Notes under the pieces: model-generated | What the model was told of the DNA's origin: nothing | The model's input: only the letters and a program-made list of their open reading frames with translations | Databases searched by the model: none | Shown here: positions 18,072-27,654 of the stretch, one piece after another | Layout of the letters: each line of letters starts with the position of its first letter | How positions within the stretch are numbered: the stretch's first letter is position 1 | Position numbers and translations under genes: made by a program | Assembly (NCBI GenBank): GCA_034667725.1 | Contig: JAXDQS010000007.1 | Coordinates: 1-57,133 of the forward strand | DNA: 57,133 nt | Origin: Thermoplasmata archaeon | Lineage (GTDB): Archaea; Thermoplasmatota; E2; JACPAO01; JAHFTW01 | Direction: 5' to 3'

Positions 18072-18709
18072 AGCGCCGCCGCCTTGCGTGCCTTGCGCCC
18101 CTTCCGCACCTCATAGACGACGTAGGCCACTAGGAGCACCAGCAGCACCACGCCGACCAGGTCGAGGTAAGGCTTGGCGGCGTCGATGGCGGCTTGGCCG
18201 TAGCGGTAGCCCAGCCAGAACAGGAACATGTTCCAGATCGTGGCGCCGACGGCGGTGGCGGCCAGGAACGGCCCCAGCGGCATCCGGGCCGCGCCGGCGG
18301 GCATACTCGAGACATGGCGCACGCCCGGAATGAAGCGGCACAGGAACACCGCCCAGACGCCGCGGCGCGCGAAGAACGCGTGCGCCTTGGCGACGTGGTG
18401 CGGCTGCACGAAGACGTAGCGGCCGTAGCGCTCCACCAGCGGCAGCAGGCCATGCTTGCCCATGAGGTAGCCGAGCCACGAGCCCAAGAGCGAGCCCGCC
18501 GTCGAGGCCAACAACACGCCGAGGACGGACATCTCGCCGCGCGCCGCCGCCAGCCCCGCGAACGGCATGACGGCCTCGCTCGGCACCGGGAACACCATGC
18601 TCTCGGCGGCCATGAGCAGGAACACGCCCCACAGGCCGGTGGCCGCGAGGACCGCCTGCGCCGTCTCGGTCAGCCAGTGCAGGAGGTCGCCGACGACGCC
18701 CACGCCCAA
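18059..18709 (-). CDS. dedA: DedA family membrane protein
   Basis: ESMVFPVPSE, RFIPGVRH, AGAARM motifs. Confidence 0.9.
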   Translation of the reverse strand: MGVGVVGDLLHWLTETAQAVLAATGLWGVFLLMAAESMVFPVPSEAVMPFAGLAAARGEMSVLGVLLASTAGSLLGSWLGYLMGKHGLLPLVERYGRYVFVQPHHVAKAHAFFARRGVWAVFLCRFIPGVRHVSSMPAGAARMPLGPFLAATAVGATIWNMFLFWLGYRYGQAAIDAAKPYLDLVGVVLLVLLVAYVVYEVRKGRKARKAAALDGH

Positions 18710-18725
18710 GGGAGCGGCGCGGGCG

Positions 18726-19301
18726 CTAAAGCCCTGTGGACGCCGCCACCCATAGCAGCCGCAGCGCGAACACCAGCAGCAGGTCGGCGCTCAACACCTC
18801 CAGCATGGGCGTGAACCATGGCCACCGCAGGGCGCCGCGCTCGACCAGCCACGCGAAGCCGGCGACCCAGGCGAAGATGCCGCCGAGGAAGCCGACGATG
18901 CCCCACGCGCCCTGGTCGGCGAGGAAGGTCGGGCCCGCCGACAGCCACCACGCCAGCTGGAACGGGTTGGTGAGGCTGAGGGCGAGGACCGCCGTGAAGC
19001 TGCGCGGCGGCGAGGTGGCCCCTTCCCGGACGCGCACCGTCGCCCACGCCAGGTAGGCCATCAGCACGGCGCCCGCGCCGGCCATCCACGGCAGCGCCGC
19101 CGTGAGGTCCACCACCTGCGGCAGCCCGAACAGCACGAGGGCGAGGTACACGGTGTCCACGACCGGCGCCGCGAGGCCGGCGGTGAAGCCGCGCCGCCAA
19201 CCGTGCGCGGCCGTCTGCTGCGCGATCAGCGTGTTGATGGGCCCCGGCGGGGCGGCCAGCGACAGCCCGATGGCCAGGCCGGCGGCCAGCTCCAGCAGCA
19301 T
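18726..19301 (-). CDS. LysE family translocator
   Basis: GLSLAAPPGP, LTNPF...WW motifs. Confidence 0.85.
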   Translation of the reverse strand: MLLELAAGLAIGLSLAAPPGPINTLIAQQTAAHGWRRGFTAGLAAPVVDTVYLALVLFGLPQVVDLTAALPWMAGAGAVLMAYLAWATVRVREGATSPPRSFTAVLALSLTNPFQLAWWLSAGPTFLADQGAWGIVGFLGGIFAWVAGFAWLVERGALRWPWFTPMLEVLSADLLLVFALRLLWVAASTGL

Positions 19302-19859
19302 TCAGTAATGGTAGTCGCGCTCGGTCTCGCCCTCGAGCTCGACCCCGAGGCCCAGGCTGAGGCGGTTTGCGAAGTTGAAGTAGGAGACGATCTCGGCGGT
19401 CTGGAGGATCTGCTCGTCCGTGAAGCCGCGGCTGCGGAGCGCCTGCACGGCCTCCTTGCTGCCCTTGCCCGGCGTCTTGGTGAGCGCGACGGCGAAGTGG
19501 ACCAGCGCGGCCTCGCGCTCGTTGAGCTTGGCCTTGGTCGGGTCGGTGGCGACCGAGCGCACCCAGGCGGGGTCCTTGGCGTAGCGGTCGAGCGCCTCGG
19601 CGTGGTGGGTCGTGCAGTAGGCGTCGCCGTTGGTGGCGGACACGACGACGGCCAAGAGCTCGGCCTCGCGGCGCGACAGGCCGCCCTTGCCGAACACGGT
19701 CGCCATGTAGAGGTCGAGGTGGGCGCGCAGGCTCTTGGGGTTCAGGCTCTGGATGCGCAGGATGTTCGAGACCCGGCCGCGGTTGCGCTGGATTTCGTCG
19801 TAGACCTCGAACAGCTTGCCGTCCGCCTCGTCTTCGGTCACGTGCCGAATGTGCGCCAC
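19302..19859 (-). CDS. peroxidase-related AhpD/CMD family enzyme
   Basis: LSRREAELLAVVVSATNGDAYCTTHH, YFNFANR; single Cys (DxxC). Confidence 0.85.
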   Translation of the reverse strand: MAHIRHVTEDEADGKLFEVYDEIQRNRGRVSNILRIQSLNPKSLRAHLDLYMATVFGKGGLSRREAELLAVVVSATNGDAYCTTHHAEALDRYAKDPAWVRSVATDPTKAKLNEREAALVHFAVALTKTPGKGSKEAVQALRSRGFTDEQILQTAEIVSYFNFANRLSLGLGVELEGETERDYHY

Positions 19860-19909
19860 GCCCCGGCAAAGCCGCCCGTCCCTTAAAGGAGGCGGGGCGC
19901 TGCCAGGGC

Positions 19910-20587
19910 ATGGAGACCTGCCCGCCGACGGCCGCCGTCGCCGACGCCTTGGCCCGCCTCGGCCTTCCCGTGCGCGCCCTCGGCCTCCGGCCCGCCTTGC
20001 CCGGCGCCGCGGTGGCCGGCCGCGTCCTGCCCGCCCGCCACGCCGGCTCGGTGGACGTCTTCCTGGAGGCGCTCCAGGCCGCCGCCCCCGGCGACATCTT
20101 GGTCGTCGACAACGCCGGCCGGCTGGACGAGGGCTGCGTCGGCGACCTCACCGCCCTGGAGGCGCGCCACCGCGGCGCCGCCGGTCTCGTCGTCTGGGGC
20201 GCGCACCGCGACCAGCGCGAATTGGCGGGCATGGGGTTCCCGGTCTGGAGCCTGGGCGCCTGCCCGAACGGCCCGCTCGAGTTGCGCCCGCGCGCCGCCG
20301 ACGCCTTGCAGGCCGCACGGCTGGGCCCGCATCAAGCCACCCGCGCCGACGTGGCCGTCGCGGACGACGACGGCGTCGTGCTGGTCCCGGCCGCCCGCTG
20401 GCCCGAGGTGCAGCAGGCCGCCGACGCCGTCGTGCGCACCGAGCGCGCGCAGGCGGAGCGCGTGCGCGGCGGCACCGGCCTCGCCGAGCAGCTCGACCTC
20501 AAGGGCTACCTCGCGGCGCGGGCCAAGGAGCCGACCGCCACGTTCCGCGACCACCTCAAGCGGCGCGGCGGCGCCATCGAGGCCTAG
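19910..20587 (+). CDS. RraA family protein (HMG/CHA aldolase-like)
   Basis: PGDILVVD, CVGDL, GAHRD, ADDDGVV motifs. Confidence 0.85.
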   Translation: METCPPTAAVADALARLGLPVRALGLRPALPGAAVAGRVLPARHAGSVDVFLEALQAAAPGDILVVDNAGRLDEGCVGDLTALEARHRGAAGLVVWGAHRDQRELAGMGFPVWSLGACPNGPLELRPRAADALQAARLGPHQATRADVAVADDDGVVLVPAARWPEVQQAADAVVRTERAQAERVRGGTGLAEQLDLKGYLAARAKEPTATFRDHLKRRGGAIEA

Positions 20588-21207
20588 CGCCTGGACTGCC
20601 AGAGCACCCGCGCCGCCACCGAGCAGTAGGGCGACCACGCCGGCCCTTGCTCGCGCATGAAGGCGGCCGCGTCCTCGGGGGCCACCCCGTAGGTGTTGGC
20701 GACCGCGAGCCGCAGGCCCAGGTCCTCGGGCGCCAGCACGTCCGGGCGCTGGAGGTGGAACATGAGGAACATCTTGGCGGTCCACACGCCGATGCCCTTG
20801 ACGGCGACCAAGGAGTCGGCGACGGCGTCGTCGGCCATGGCGGAGAACGCGGCGAAGTCCACCTCCTTCGACTGGGTGCGCTGGGCGAGGTCCAGGATGT
20901 AGGCGGCCTTTGCGCGCGACAGCCCCGCCTGGCGAAGCTCCAGCGCGTCGCGGTTGAGGACGCGGCGCGGCGTCACCTTGCCCCCGAGCGTCTTCACGAG
21001 GTTGGCCGTGATGGTGCGGCCCGCCGCCAGCGAGACCTGCTGGTGGACGATCGAGGTCACGAGGGCCGCGAAGCCGTCGTCGCCCGGGATCGCCTGCTCG
21101 GCGGGCAACGGGTTGGCCTTCGACAGCCGGTGCATCACCGGGTCCGCCTTCTTCCAGTGGCGTTCGGCCTCGGGCTGGAGTGCGGACAGCGGCGCGGGGG
21201 CGGGCAC
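20584..21207 (-). CDS. alkA: DNA-3-methyladenine glycosylase II (AlkA family, HhH-GPD)
   Basis: IVHQQVS, GLSRAK, VKGIGVWTA HhH, DLGL, WSPY. Confidence 0.88.
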   Translation of the reverse strand: MPAPAPLSALQPEAERHWKKADPVMHRLSKANPLPAEQAIPGDDGFAALVTSIVHQQVSLAAGRTITANLVKTLGGKVTPRRVLNRDALELRQAGLSRAKAAYILDLAQRTQSKEVDFAAFSAMADDAVADSLVAVKGIGVWTAKMFLMFHLQRPDVLAPEDLGLRLAVANTYGVAPEDAAAFMREQGPAWSPYCSVAARVLWQSRR

Positions 21208-21286
21208 GCGGGCGCACCGGCCGGCCGTCTCAAGGTTTCCGCGTCGCGTCCGATGGCTTTATCGCGCGCGCCGGCGCCGCCTTGCC

Positions 21287-22246
21287 GTGCGCGTTTGGCT
21301 GGTGCTCCTCGCCCTGCTGGCGCCGGCCGCGTCCGCGACCACCCTGCACGCGGGCTTCGACGCCGCGGGCGCGGGCTTCCTGTCGTACCCGGACACGCCG
21401 CCCGCCGCCTCGCGCGGCGCCTGCGACCAGGACACGACCCGGTGGACCCTGGCGGGCGTGGACGCGCTCCAGGCCCCCGTCCGCCTGGCGGGCGGCTTCG
21501 TGGCGTGGCAGCTGCGGTCCAGCGCCCCGCTCGACCTGCGCGCCGAGGTGGCGGCGACCCTGCGCGTCCCCGGCGAGATGGAGCGCGTCGTGGCCGTCGG
21601 CGCTGCCTCAGCCGTCCTGTCCCCCGGCGAGACCAACCTGCTGCTGCCGCTCGCCTTCAACACCACGCGGACGGTGCAGCAGGGCGAGCACCTGGTGCTG
21701 GACGTGGCGGTCGCCGGCGTCCCCTGCACGCTGGAGGCGCTGGAGGCCACCTCCGGCTCCCGCCTGGACCTGGACGCCCACGACCCGTTCCTGGTGCAGT
21801 ACCTCTACCCGGAGATTGTCGGCGACCAGCTGCAGGTCGATGCGTCGCTGGTGTCGCCTTGGGGCCGCCAGGCGTTCGGCCCCGAGCCCGCCCGGCTCGT
21901 CGGGGAGGGCCTCGCGTTCGAGCGCGGCCTGGAGACCGGGGGCCGGCGCGCCTACCCGCACCGTGACGGCGCCTACGTGCGCTTCGTGCTGGACCTGGCG
22001 GACGTCCCCGACGGCGACCACCCCATCTACCTGCACGCCAACGACCTGCTCGGCCACACCACCACCGTCGCCGCCTCGTTCCACCTGGACGGCGCCGAGC
22101 GCTACGGCGTGGACGAGGCCGGCCGGGTGGTCCCCGCCGTCGAGCCGGGCCTGCCGGCGCCGGCGCCGCTCTGGCTGCTGGTGGCGGCCCTCGCGTTCAT
22201 GGCGCGAGCTTGCGGCGGCCGTGCCGGGTCATCCCGCGCGGCTTGA
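21287..22246 (+). CDS. exported hypothetical protein with C-terminal anchor; likely distant paralog of 1767-2774
   Basis: GTG start 29 nt after TTTATC; signal peptide; SPWG vs SDWG; C-terminus PAPAPLWLLVAALAFMAR. Confidence 0.65.
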   Translation: MRVWLVLLALLAPAASATTLHAGFDAAGAGFLSYPDTPPAASRGACDQDTTRWTLAGVDALQAPVRLAGGFVAWQLRSSAPLDLRAEVAATLRVPGEMERVVAVGAASAVLSPGETNLLLPLAFNTTRTVQQGEHLVLDVAVAGVPCTLEALEATSGSRLDLDAHDPFLVQYLYPEIVGDQLQVDASLVSPWGRQAFGPEPARLVGEGLAFERGLETGGRRAYPHRDGAYVRFVLDLADVPDGDHPIYLHANDLLGHTTTVAASFHLDGAERYGVDEAGRVVPAVEPGLPAPAPLWLLVAALAFMARACGGRAGSSRAA

Positions 22247-22691
22247 ACACCGACAGCACCGTGGCCACCAGCATCAGGACGATGGCGCCCGCCGCGTCGA
22301 ACACCAGCTGGAGGCGCGTGCCGTGGTGGTCGTCGGCCGTGAAGGGATGGTCGGCCGCAAGCTCCGCCAAGTGGCTCACCGGCTGGAGATGCAGCAGCAG
22401 GAACGCCGTCGCCACCACCGTGATCCCGAGCTTCACGATGACCCAGTAATGCCGGAACAGGCCCCACTCGGTGCCGAGCGACAGGACGACGCCGGTGCCC
22501 AAGGCGGCGAAGCAGAACGGCACGATGGCGGACCAGCCCACGACGTCCATCGCGGCGTAGACCGCCTTGCCCTCCAGCCCAGCAAGCGCCAGCGCCAGGA
22601 ACGCCGCGACGGAGCCGAGCCACCCCAGCGAGGCGGCGACGTGCGCGACCAGCGCGGCCTTGCGGAGGCGGGGCGAGAACACCATGGTCAT
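22197..22691 (-). CDS. DUF2269-like membrane protein
   Basis: RKAALVAHVAASLGWLG, WGLFRHYWVIVK, LSVFKPRG. Confidence 0.7.
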   Translation of the reverse strand: MTMVFSPRLRKAALVAHVAASLGWLGSVAAFLALALAGLEGKAVYAAMDVVGWSAIVPFCFAALGTGVVLSLGTEWGLFRHYWVIVKLGITVVATAFLLLHLQPVSHLAELAADHPFTADDHHGTRLQLVFDAAGAIVLMLVATVLSVFKPRGMTRHGRRKLAP

Positions 22692-22801
22692 GCGTGGCCG
22701 AAGCCGCCGCCCGCCAAGTGCAGTCCGAGGAACACGGCGGCCGCCACGAGGGCCAGGATGCCGAACACCTTCACCCAGCGCGGCATCGGCGGGTCGTCCA
22801 C
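22688..22801 (-). CDS. small single-TM peptide coupled to the DUF2269-like gene
   Basis: VDDPPMPRWVKVFGILALVAAAVFLGLHLAGGGFGHA; ATGA overlap. Confidence 0.6.
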   Translation of the reverse strand: MDDPPMPRWVKVFGILALVAAAVFLGLHLAGGGFGHA

Positions 22802-22852
22802 GGCCCCGGCAGCGCCGCAACCCAGAAATAAGCCGGTCCTGTCGAAGCGGCC

Positions 22853-23092
22853 ATGCCCTTGGTGCTGGCGGAGCGCGACTACAAGCTCTTGACGCTGTTC
22901 ACCAAGATCGCGGGCATCTTCGTGTTCGCGGGCGGCTCGGTCACCCTGCTGGACCACGGCCGCGTCGTGCTGGGGCTGTCGCTCATCCTGCTTGGCACTG
23001 TCATCACGCTGGCCCCCGTCCCGATGACGGTCGTGCGCCCGGACACCTACCCGGCCGACGAGGACGACGGCCTGCTCACCGTGCAGGAATAG
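22853..23092 (+). CDS. small two-TM membrane protein
   Basis: 79 aa; two hydrophobic segments; host-like codons. Confidence 0.65.
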   Translation: MPLVLAERDYKLLTLFTKIAGIFVFAGGSVTLLDHGRVVLGLSLILLGTVITLAPVPMTVVRPDTYPADEDDGLLTVQE

Positions 23093-23110
23093 CGAAACGG
23101 AACCGAGGGC

Positions 23111-23806
23111 CTAAGTGCCGCCCGCCGGCTTCCGGAGCGGATGCCTGCCCTGCGGCCCCCGCGGCCCCGCCCGGTCCCCGACGTGCTGGACGACAGCCCC
23201 GTGACGCATGTCGCGGCGGCCTAGGTCGAACTGGAACACGGCTTCGGCCACCAGCGTGCCGCCGCCCACGGCCCGGCGCCGGTAGAGCGCGTACTCGGCC
23301 AGCAGCCAGCCGGCCAGCGCCACGGCGATGCACGCCGCCAGGGTCGCCATCAGGCCGAGCGGGTGGCCGACGAGGCCGGCCCAGACGCGGGCGAAGCCTG
23401 GCGCCTGGTAGGACAGCAGGTTGCCGGCGAACGCCAGCACGCTCACGGCCAGGGTGGGGGCCACGACCATGCGGCCGAGCAGCCAATGGGCGCGGCGCCG
23501 GCCCGGGGTGCGCCACAGGATCTGGTGCCAAGGATAACGGCCCTCCAGCAGGAAGTGGGACAGGAAGGGGCGGAAGGCGAGGCCGGGCTGGGACGGGGCC
23601 AGGCCGGAGGTCAGGCGGAGCGACCGGACGAACAGGAACGCGAGGCCGGCCAGGACCAGGAGGTTGAGGCCGACGAGGCCAAGAAAATCGAAGCCCAAGA
23701 GGGCGTGGGCGAGGTTCTGCTCCCCGTCCAGGGTCGGGTCGAGGGCGTGGGTGCTCCAGAGGTCGGCGGCGCGGGCCCCGGCCATGGCGCCGCACGCGGC
23801 CGCCAC
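23111..23806 (-). CDS. hypothetical membrane protein
   Basis: Several TM segments; DLWST...GEQN motif; start uncertain (23785, 23806 or 23866). Confidence 0.5.
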   Translation of the reverse strand: MAAACGAMAGARAADLWSTHALDPTLDGEQNLAHALLGFDFLGLVGLNLLVLAGLAFLFVRSLRLTSGLAPSQPGLAFRPFLSHFLLEGRYPWHQILWRTPGRRRAHWLLGRMVVAPTLAVSVLAFAGNLLSYQAPGFARVWAGLVGHPLGLMATLAACIAVALAGWLLAEYALYRRRAVGGGTLVAEAVFQFDLGRRDMRHGAVVQHVGDRAGPRGPQGRHPLRKPAGGT

Positions 23807-23937
23807 TTGGGGCCAACGGAGGGAACGACCAGCCGCCACGAGGTTTCGACTTGGCTTCAGGCACAAGACCTTTGCGTCGGCGGGACGGCGGGGGCCAAAG
23901 GAGGGAGGCTGGACTTGTCAACGAAGAAGCGGGAGGT

Positions 23938-24123
23938 TCAGGCCTTGCTCAGGTCCTGGAAGTAGCGGGTGAGGGCGGAGCTGACGATCTTGGAGAAGTT
24001 GCTGCCCTGCTTCATGCGGGCGTAGTGCAGCCGCATGATCTGGTCCACGGGCAGCTTGACCTTGACTTCCCGGACCTCTTCGTCCAGGGACACCTGCGTT
24101 TCGGTTGCTTGCTTGTCGTCCAT
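23938..24123 (-). CDS. small ribbon-helix-helix-like protein
   Basis: Beta strand EVKVKLP then two helices (NFSKIVSSALTRYF), a CopG/RHH pattern. Confidence 0.6.
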   Translation of the reverse strand: MDDKQATETQVSLDEEVREVKVKLPVDQIMRLHYARMKQGSNFSKIVSSALTRYFQDLSKA

Positions 24124-24329
24124 GAGAACCCTCGAGTGCGATGCTTGAGGACGGCAGCGCCGCCTCCCGGGAATCCATCCCCGGCTCCTTCACACCGAAG
24201 CCGCCATGCGCCCCCCGCAGGCTTAGACCTCGACGGCAAATCCTTAAATGGCCAAAAACCGGCCCCTCTGGAGGAGCCAGATTTCGGGCCGCCTTAACGA
24301 CGCGCAAACATGTTCCCGTGCCGCAAGTA

Positions 24330-25973
24330 TCAGCTGAACGAAAACAGGCTCGGCATGATGGACATCAGAATCAGGCCCATGCCGACGCCGGCGGCCACGT
24401 TGATGGCGGCGTGCATCGCAGCGCCCTCCAGCCGCCCGCCCTGCACCATCGTGAAGAACAGCCCCGCCAGCAGGCCATGGGCGGCCACCAGCAGGACCAG
24501 GATTTGCTGCGCCGTGTCGGAGTCTTGCTGCGGCACGACCGAGAACAGGCCCTGCTGCACCAGCAGCTCGCCTTGCCCGCCGAACAGGCCGGACAGGCTG
24601 GACAGGATGCCGGAGCCCATGAACATCACGAGCGCCAGCCCGATGCCCAGGCCCAGGAGCATGCCGCGGAAGGTGCCGGCGGTGGCGCGACGCGTTGTCC
24701 TGAGGGCCAACACGTCGAGCATGTTGTGGCTGATGATGTCGCTGATCGGGCCCGGCTTGCCGCCGGCCGCGATGCCCTGCACGAACATGTCGGAGAACGA
24801 GTCGATGAGGCGGCTCTCGGTCTGCTCGCCGAACGACTTCCACGCGCGGGAGTCGTCCACCCGCCACATCAGGCGGCGGTGCAGGTCGCGCACCGGCTGG
24901 GTCAGGCGCCCCAGGTTGTTGGCCTGGAGGCTGCCGAGCACGCTCCGCACGGCCCCGCCTCGGGCCGCCGCGGCGGCGCCCAAGCTGCGGATGAAGGCCG
25001 GGTAGTCGGCCTCGCGCTGCCGGATGGCCTTCTCCTCGCGGTTGGCGTAGAGGCCGGGGACCGCAAGCGGGATGGTGGCCAGCAGGATGGCGGCGCCGAG
25101 GCCGACGAACCAGAAGGCGGCCACCGCGATCACGAGCGAGGCGCCGGCCGAGACCATCAAGAGCTGGCGCAGGCGCTGGGCGAACGGCGTGCGCACCGGG
25201 CGGTTGGGTGACAGGCGGTCGTGGGGCAGGCGGTCCTGCAGCACCACGCCCATGACGATCTCCAGCAGGATGGTGAGGCCCGCCACCACCGCGGTGTAGA
25301 CCACCGTGTTGCCGCCGGCGAACAGCGGCATGATGGTGGCGAACATCGACAGGAACGCGACCGTCATGAGCGAGTTGGTGTAGATCTCCTTCCAGGCCTC
25401 GACCCGGAGCAGGTCCGCCTCGTAGATGCTCTTGTACTCCGACATGACGACGCGCTGCTCGCCCATGAGGAAGGTCTCGAGCTGCTGGCCGGCCTCCAAG
25501 GCGTGCGCCAGCCGCAAGAGGAACGCGGCGAAGGTCTTGGACGGCGTCGACTGGGCCACCGCGCGCACCGCGTCGGACAGGCCGAGGCCCCAGTCGGAGG
25601 TGAGCCGGAGGATGCGGCCGACCTCGGCGGCGATCTCCTTGTACTCCTTGTTCTCCGACAGGATGCGCAGCACCTCGCCGCGCGGCAGGTTGGAGGTCGC
25701 GAGCACACCGAAGTGCGTGATGAAGAACGGGATGTCGTCGTCGATGCGGGCGCCGTGGCGGGCGGCCTGGAGCTTGGGGGCCGCCAAGCCGAGGGCGACG
25801 ATGGTGGCGCCGCCGCCGAGCCCCAGCACCATGTCGATGAAGAAGCCGAACGGGGCGACCACGAGGACGCCGACGCACAGCGCGACGCCGACCACGACGG
25901 AAATCCAGCCTTGGCGGAGGGTCTGCACGGCAGCCTTGGCCTGGGCGCCGAGGCTAGTGGTGTCCAGCTTCAC
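24330..25973 (-). CDS. arlJ: archaellum platform protein ArlJ/FlaJ
   Basis: FITHFGVLATS, T2SSF-like repeats (READYPAFIRSLG), multi-TM; last gene of arl operon. Confidence 0.88.
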   Translation of the reverse strand: MKLDTTSLGAQAKAAVQTLRQGWISVVVGVALCVGVLVVAPFGFFIDMVLGLGGGATIVALGLAAPKLQAARHGARIDDDIPFFITHFGVLATSNLPRGEVLRILSENKEYKEIAAEVGRILRLTSDWGLGLSDAVRAVAQSTPSKTFAAFLLRLAHALEAGQQLETFLMGEQRVVMSEYKSIYEADLLRVEAWKEIYTNSLMTVAFLSMFATIMPLFAGGNTVVYTAVVAGLTILLEIVMGVVLQDRLPHDRLSPNRPVRTPFAQRLRQLLMVSAGASLVIAVAAFWFVGLGAAILLATIPLAVPGLYANREEKAIRQREADYPAFIRSLGAAAAARGGAVRSVLGSLQANNLGRLTQPVRDLHRRLMWRVDDSRAWKSFGEQTESRLIDSFSDMFVQGIAAGGKPGPISDIISHNMLDVLALRTTRRATAGTFRGMLLGLGIGLALVMFMGSGILSSLSGLFGGQGELLVQQGLFSVVPQQDSDTAQQILVLLVAAHGLLAGLFFTMVQGGRLEGAAMHAAINVAAGVGMGLILMSIMPSLFSFS

Positions 25974-27507
25974 CGGCTCCCTCCAGCTTGAACGGCAGCG
26001 CCTTCTCGCCCTGCACCGAGACCTCCATCATGATGCGCGCGACCTCGGCGGCGTCGAAGATGCCGCGGCGCACCATCTCCTCCAGGATCAAGGTGCGGCG
26101 GGCCAGCATGTCGTACACCTTGCGGGTGTCCTCCATGCCCAAGAGCGGCGCGATCTTCTTCTCCAGGATGTGGCTGTTGTTGAGACCCTGGAACCGCAGC
26201 GTGTCCTCGACCAGGTCGTGCGTGAACACCGGGATCGCGACCACGCCCTCGGGGGAGCTGCCGGCGATCTCGACGATCTTGGTGACGCGCCGGACGCGCC
26301 GGCCGTTGACCATGCGGGCCTCCTGGAACAGCGCCACGTTCAGGTTGTCGATGAAGGTCATGGGCACGCTCATGGGCGCCGCCCCCAGGCGCTGCACCAG
26401 TGTCGTGGCGTCGGTGGCGTGGAACGTCGCCAGGGTGGCGTGACCGGTCTGCATCGCCTGGAACGCCACCGCGCCCTCGGCGCCGCGGATCTCGCCCACG
26501 ACGATGTAGTCGGGGCGGCTGCGCAGGGCCGCGCGCAGCAGGTCGAACATCTTGACATGGCCCTCCGGGGGGCCGGTCTCGCGGGTCAGCAGGCGCTGCC
26601 AGATGCGGTGCGGCGGCCGGACCTCGGGCGTGTCCTCGGCGCTGTAGATCTTGCCGCGCGGGTCGATGAACGGCAGCATCGCGTTGAGGGTCGCGGTCTT
26701 GCCGCAGGCGGCCTCGCCGCACAGGAACATGCTCATGCCCTGCTGGAGGCAGATCCAGACGTAGGCGGCCGCCTCCGCCGAGATGGTGTTGAGCTGGATG
26801 AGGCGGGTGATGCTGAACGGCGCCTCCTTGCCGCGGCGCAGGCTGATGCTCGGGCCACGGCGCGACACATCCTCCGAGTAGACCAGGTTGAGGCGGCTGC
26901 CGTCGGGAAGCACTGCGTCCACGATGGGCGTCGAGTCGCTCACCGGGCGCCCCAGCCGCTCGCACAGCAGCCGGAGGAAGCGCACCAGGTCCACCGGGTC
27001 CTCGAAGCGGACGTTGGTGGGCATCATGCCGTGGATGGTGTGGATGACGTGCACCGCGTTGGTGCCCACGACGTGGATGTCCTCCAGGTGGATGTCGCGC
27101 AGCAGCGCGTCGATGGGGCCGTAGCCCGCCATGTCCTGCAGGACACGGTTCACGACGGGGTCGCTCGCGGGGTCCGCGCCCGGCCGCAGCGCCTGCACGA
27201 TGCCCAGCAGCGCCTCCTTCAGCGTGCCCTGGCGGGGCTGGTCGCCGCGCCGGGCCGCCTCGGCGCCGACCTCGGTGCGCAGCTTCTCGACCTCGACGAA
27301 GTCGTTGGGCCCGAGCTGCGGCTGCACCACATCGTAGCGCCAGAGGTTGTCGGCGCGCCGCAGGTGCGCCCACGCGCCGCCGCCCAACGGGTACACGACG
27401 TCCGGCGGGCCGCCGGGTTTGAGCTGGGCCGCGTCCGCGAGCACCAGCGGCGTGCTGCCGTCGGCGGCCACGCGGCGCAGGTGCGCCTGGAGGGTCGCGT
27501 CGCTCAT
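25954..27507 (-). CDS. arlI: archaellum ATPase ArlI, second copy
   Basis: PIVDAVLPDGSRLN, Walker A GEAACGKT, EDTPE, LRSRPDYIVVGEIRG, QTGH...TFHA. Confidence 0.88.
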   Translation of the reverse strand: MSDATLQAHLRRVAADGSTPLVLADAAQLKPGGPPDVVYPLGGGAWAHLRRADNLWRYDVVQPQLGPNDFVEVEKLRTEVGAEAARRGDQPRQGTLKEALLGIVQALRPGADPASDPVVNRVLQDMAGYGPIDALLRDIHLEDIHVVGTNAVHVIHTIHGMMPTNVRFEDPVDLVRFLRLLCERLGRPVSDSTPIVDAVLPDGSRLNLVYSEDVSRRGPSISLRRGKEAPFSITRLIQLNTISAEAAAYVWICLQQGMSMFLCGEAACGKTATLNAMLPFIDPRGKIYSAEDTPEVRPPHRIWQRLLTRETGPPEGHVKMFDLLRAALRSRPDYIVVGEIRGAEGAVAFQAMQTGHATLATFHATDATTLVQRLGAAPMSVPMTFIDNLNVALFQEARMVNGRRVRRVTKIVEIAGSSPEGVVAIPVFTHDLVEDTLRFQGLNNSHILEKKIAPLLGMEDTRKVYDMLARRTLILEEMVRRGIFDAAEVARIMMEVSVQGEKALPFKLEGAGEAGHH

Positions 27508-27654
27508 GCCTTCGGCCTCCGGCGGGCCGCCTCGATGGCGTCGAGCGTCACCTGGTCATCGAACGCGGCCAGGCCGGGCCGGCCGGCCCAAGCCATTCCG
27601 TTCACGTCTTCGGCCTCCGGCGGGCCGCCTCGATGGCGTCGAGCGTCACCTGGT
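27504..27654 (-). repeat. 47-bp direct duplication of the arlI-1 3' end around a hairpin spacer; 30-aa bridging ORF 27504-27596
   Basis: 27510-27556 identical to 27608-27654; ORF MAWAGRPGLAAFDDQVTLDAIEAARRRPKA* overlaps the arlI-2 ATG (ATGA). Confidence 0.85.

Noticed and set aside
17836-18333. 165-aa repeat protein encoded by the 75-bp array
   Set aside because: A 76-bp unit shifts the frame, it overlaps dedA antisense, and codon usage is atypical.
24124-24329. tRNA or other ncRNA in the longer intergenic gaps (also 5160-5330, 51930-52060)
   Set aside because: No cloverleaf, T-loop or convincing C/D box pair recognised by eye; an Infernal/tRNAscan run would be needed.
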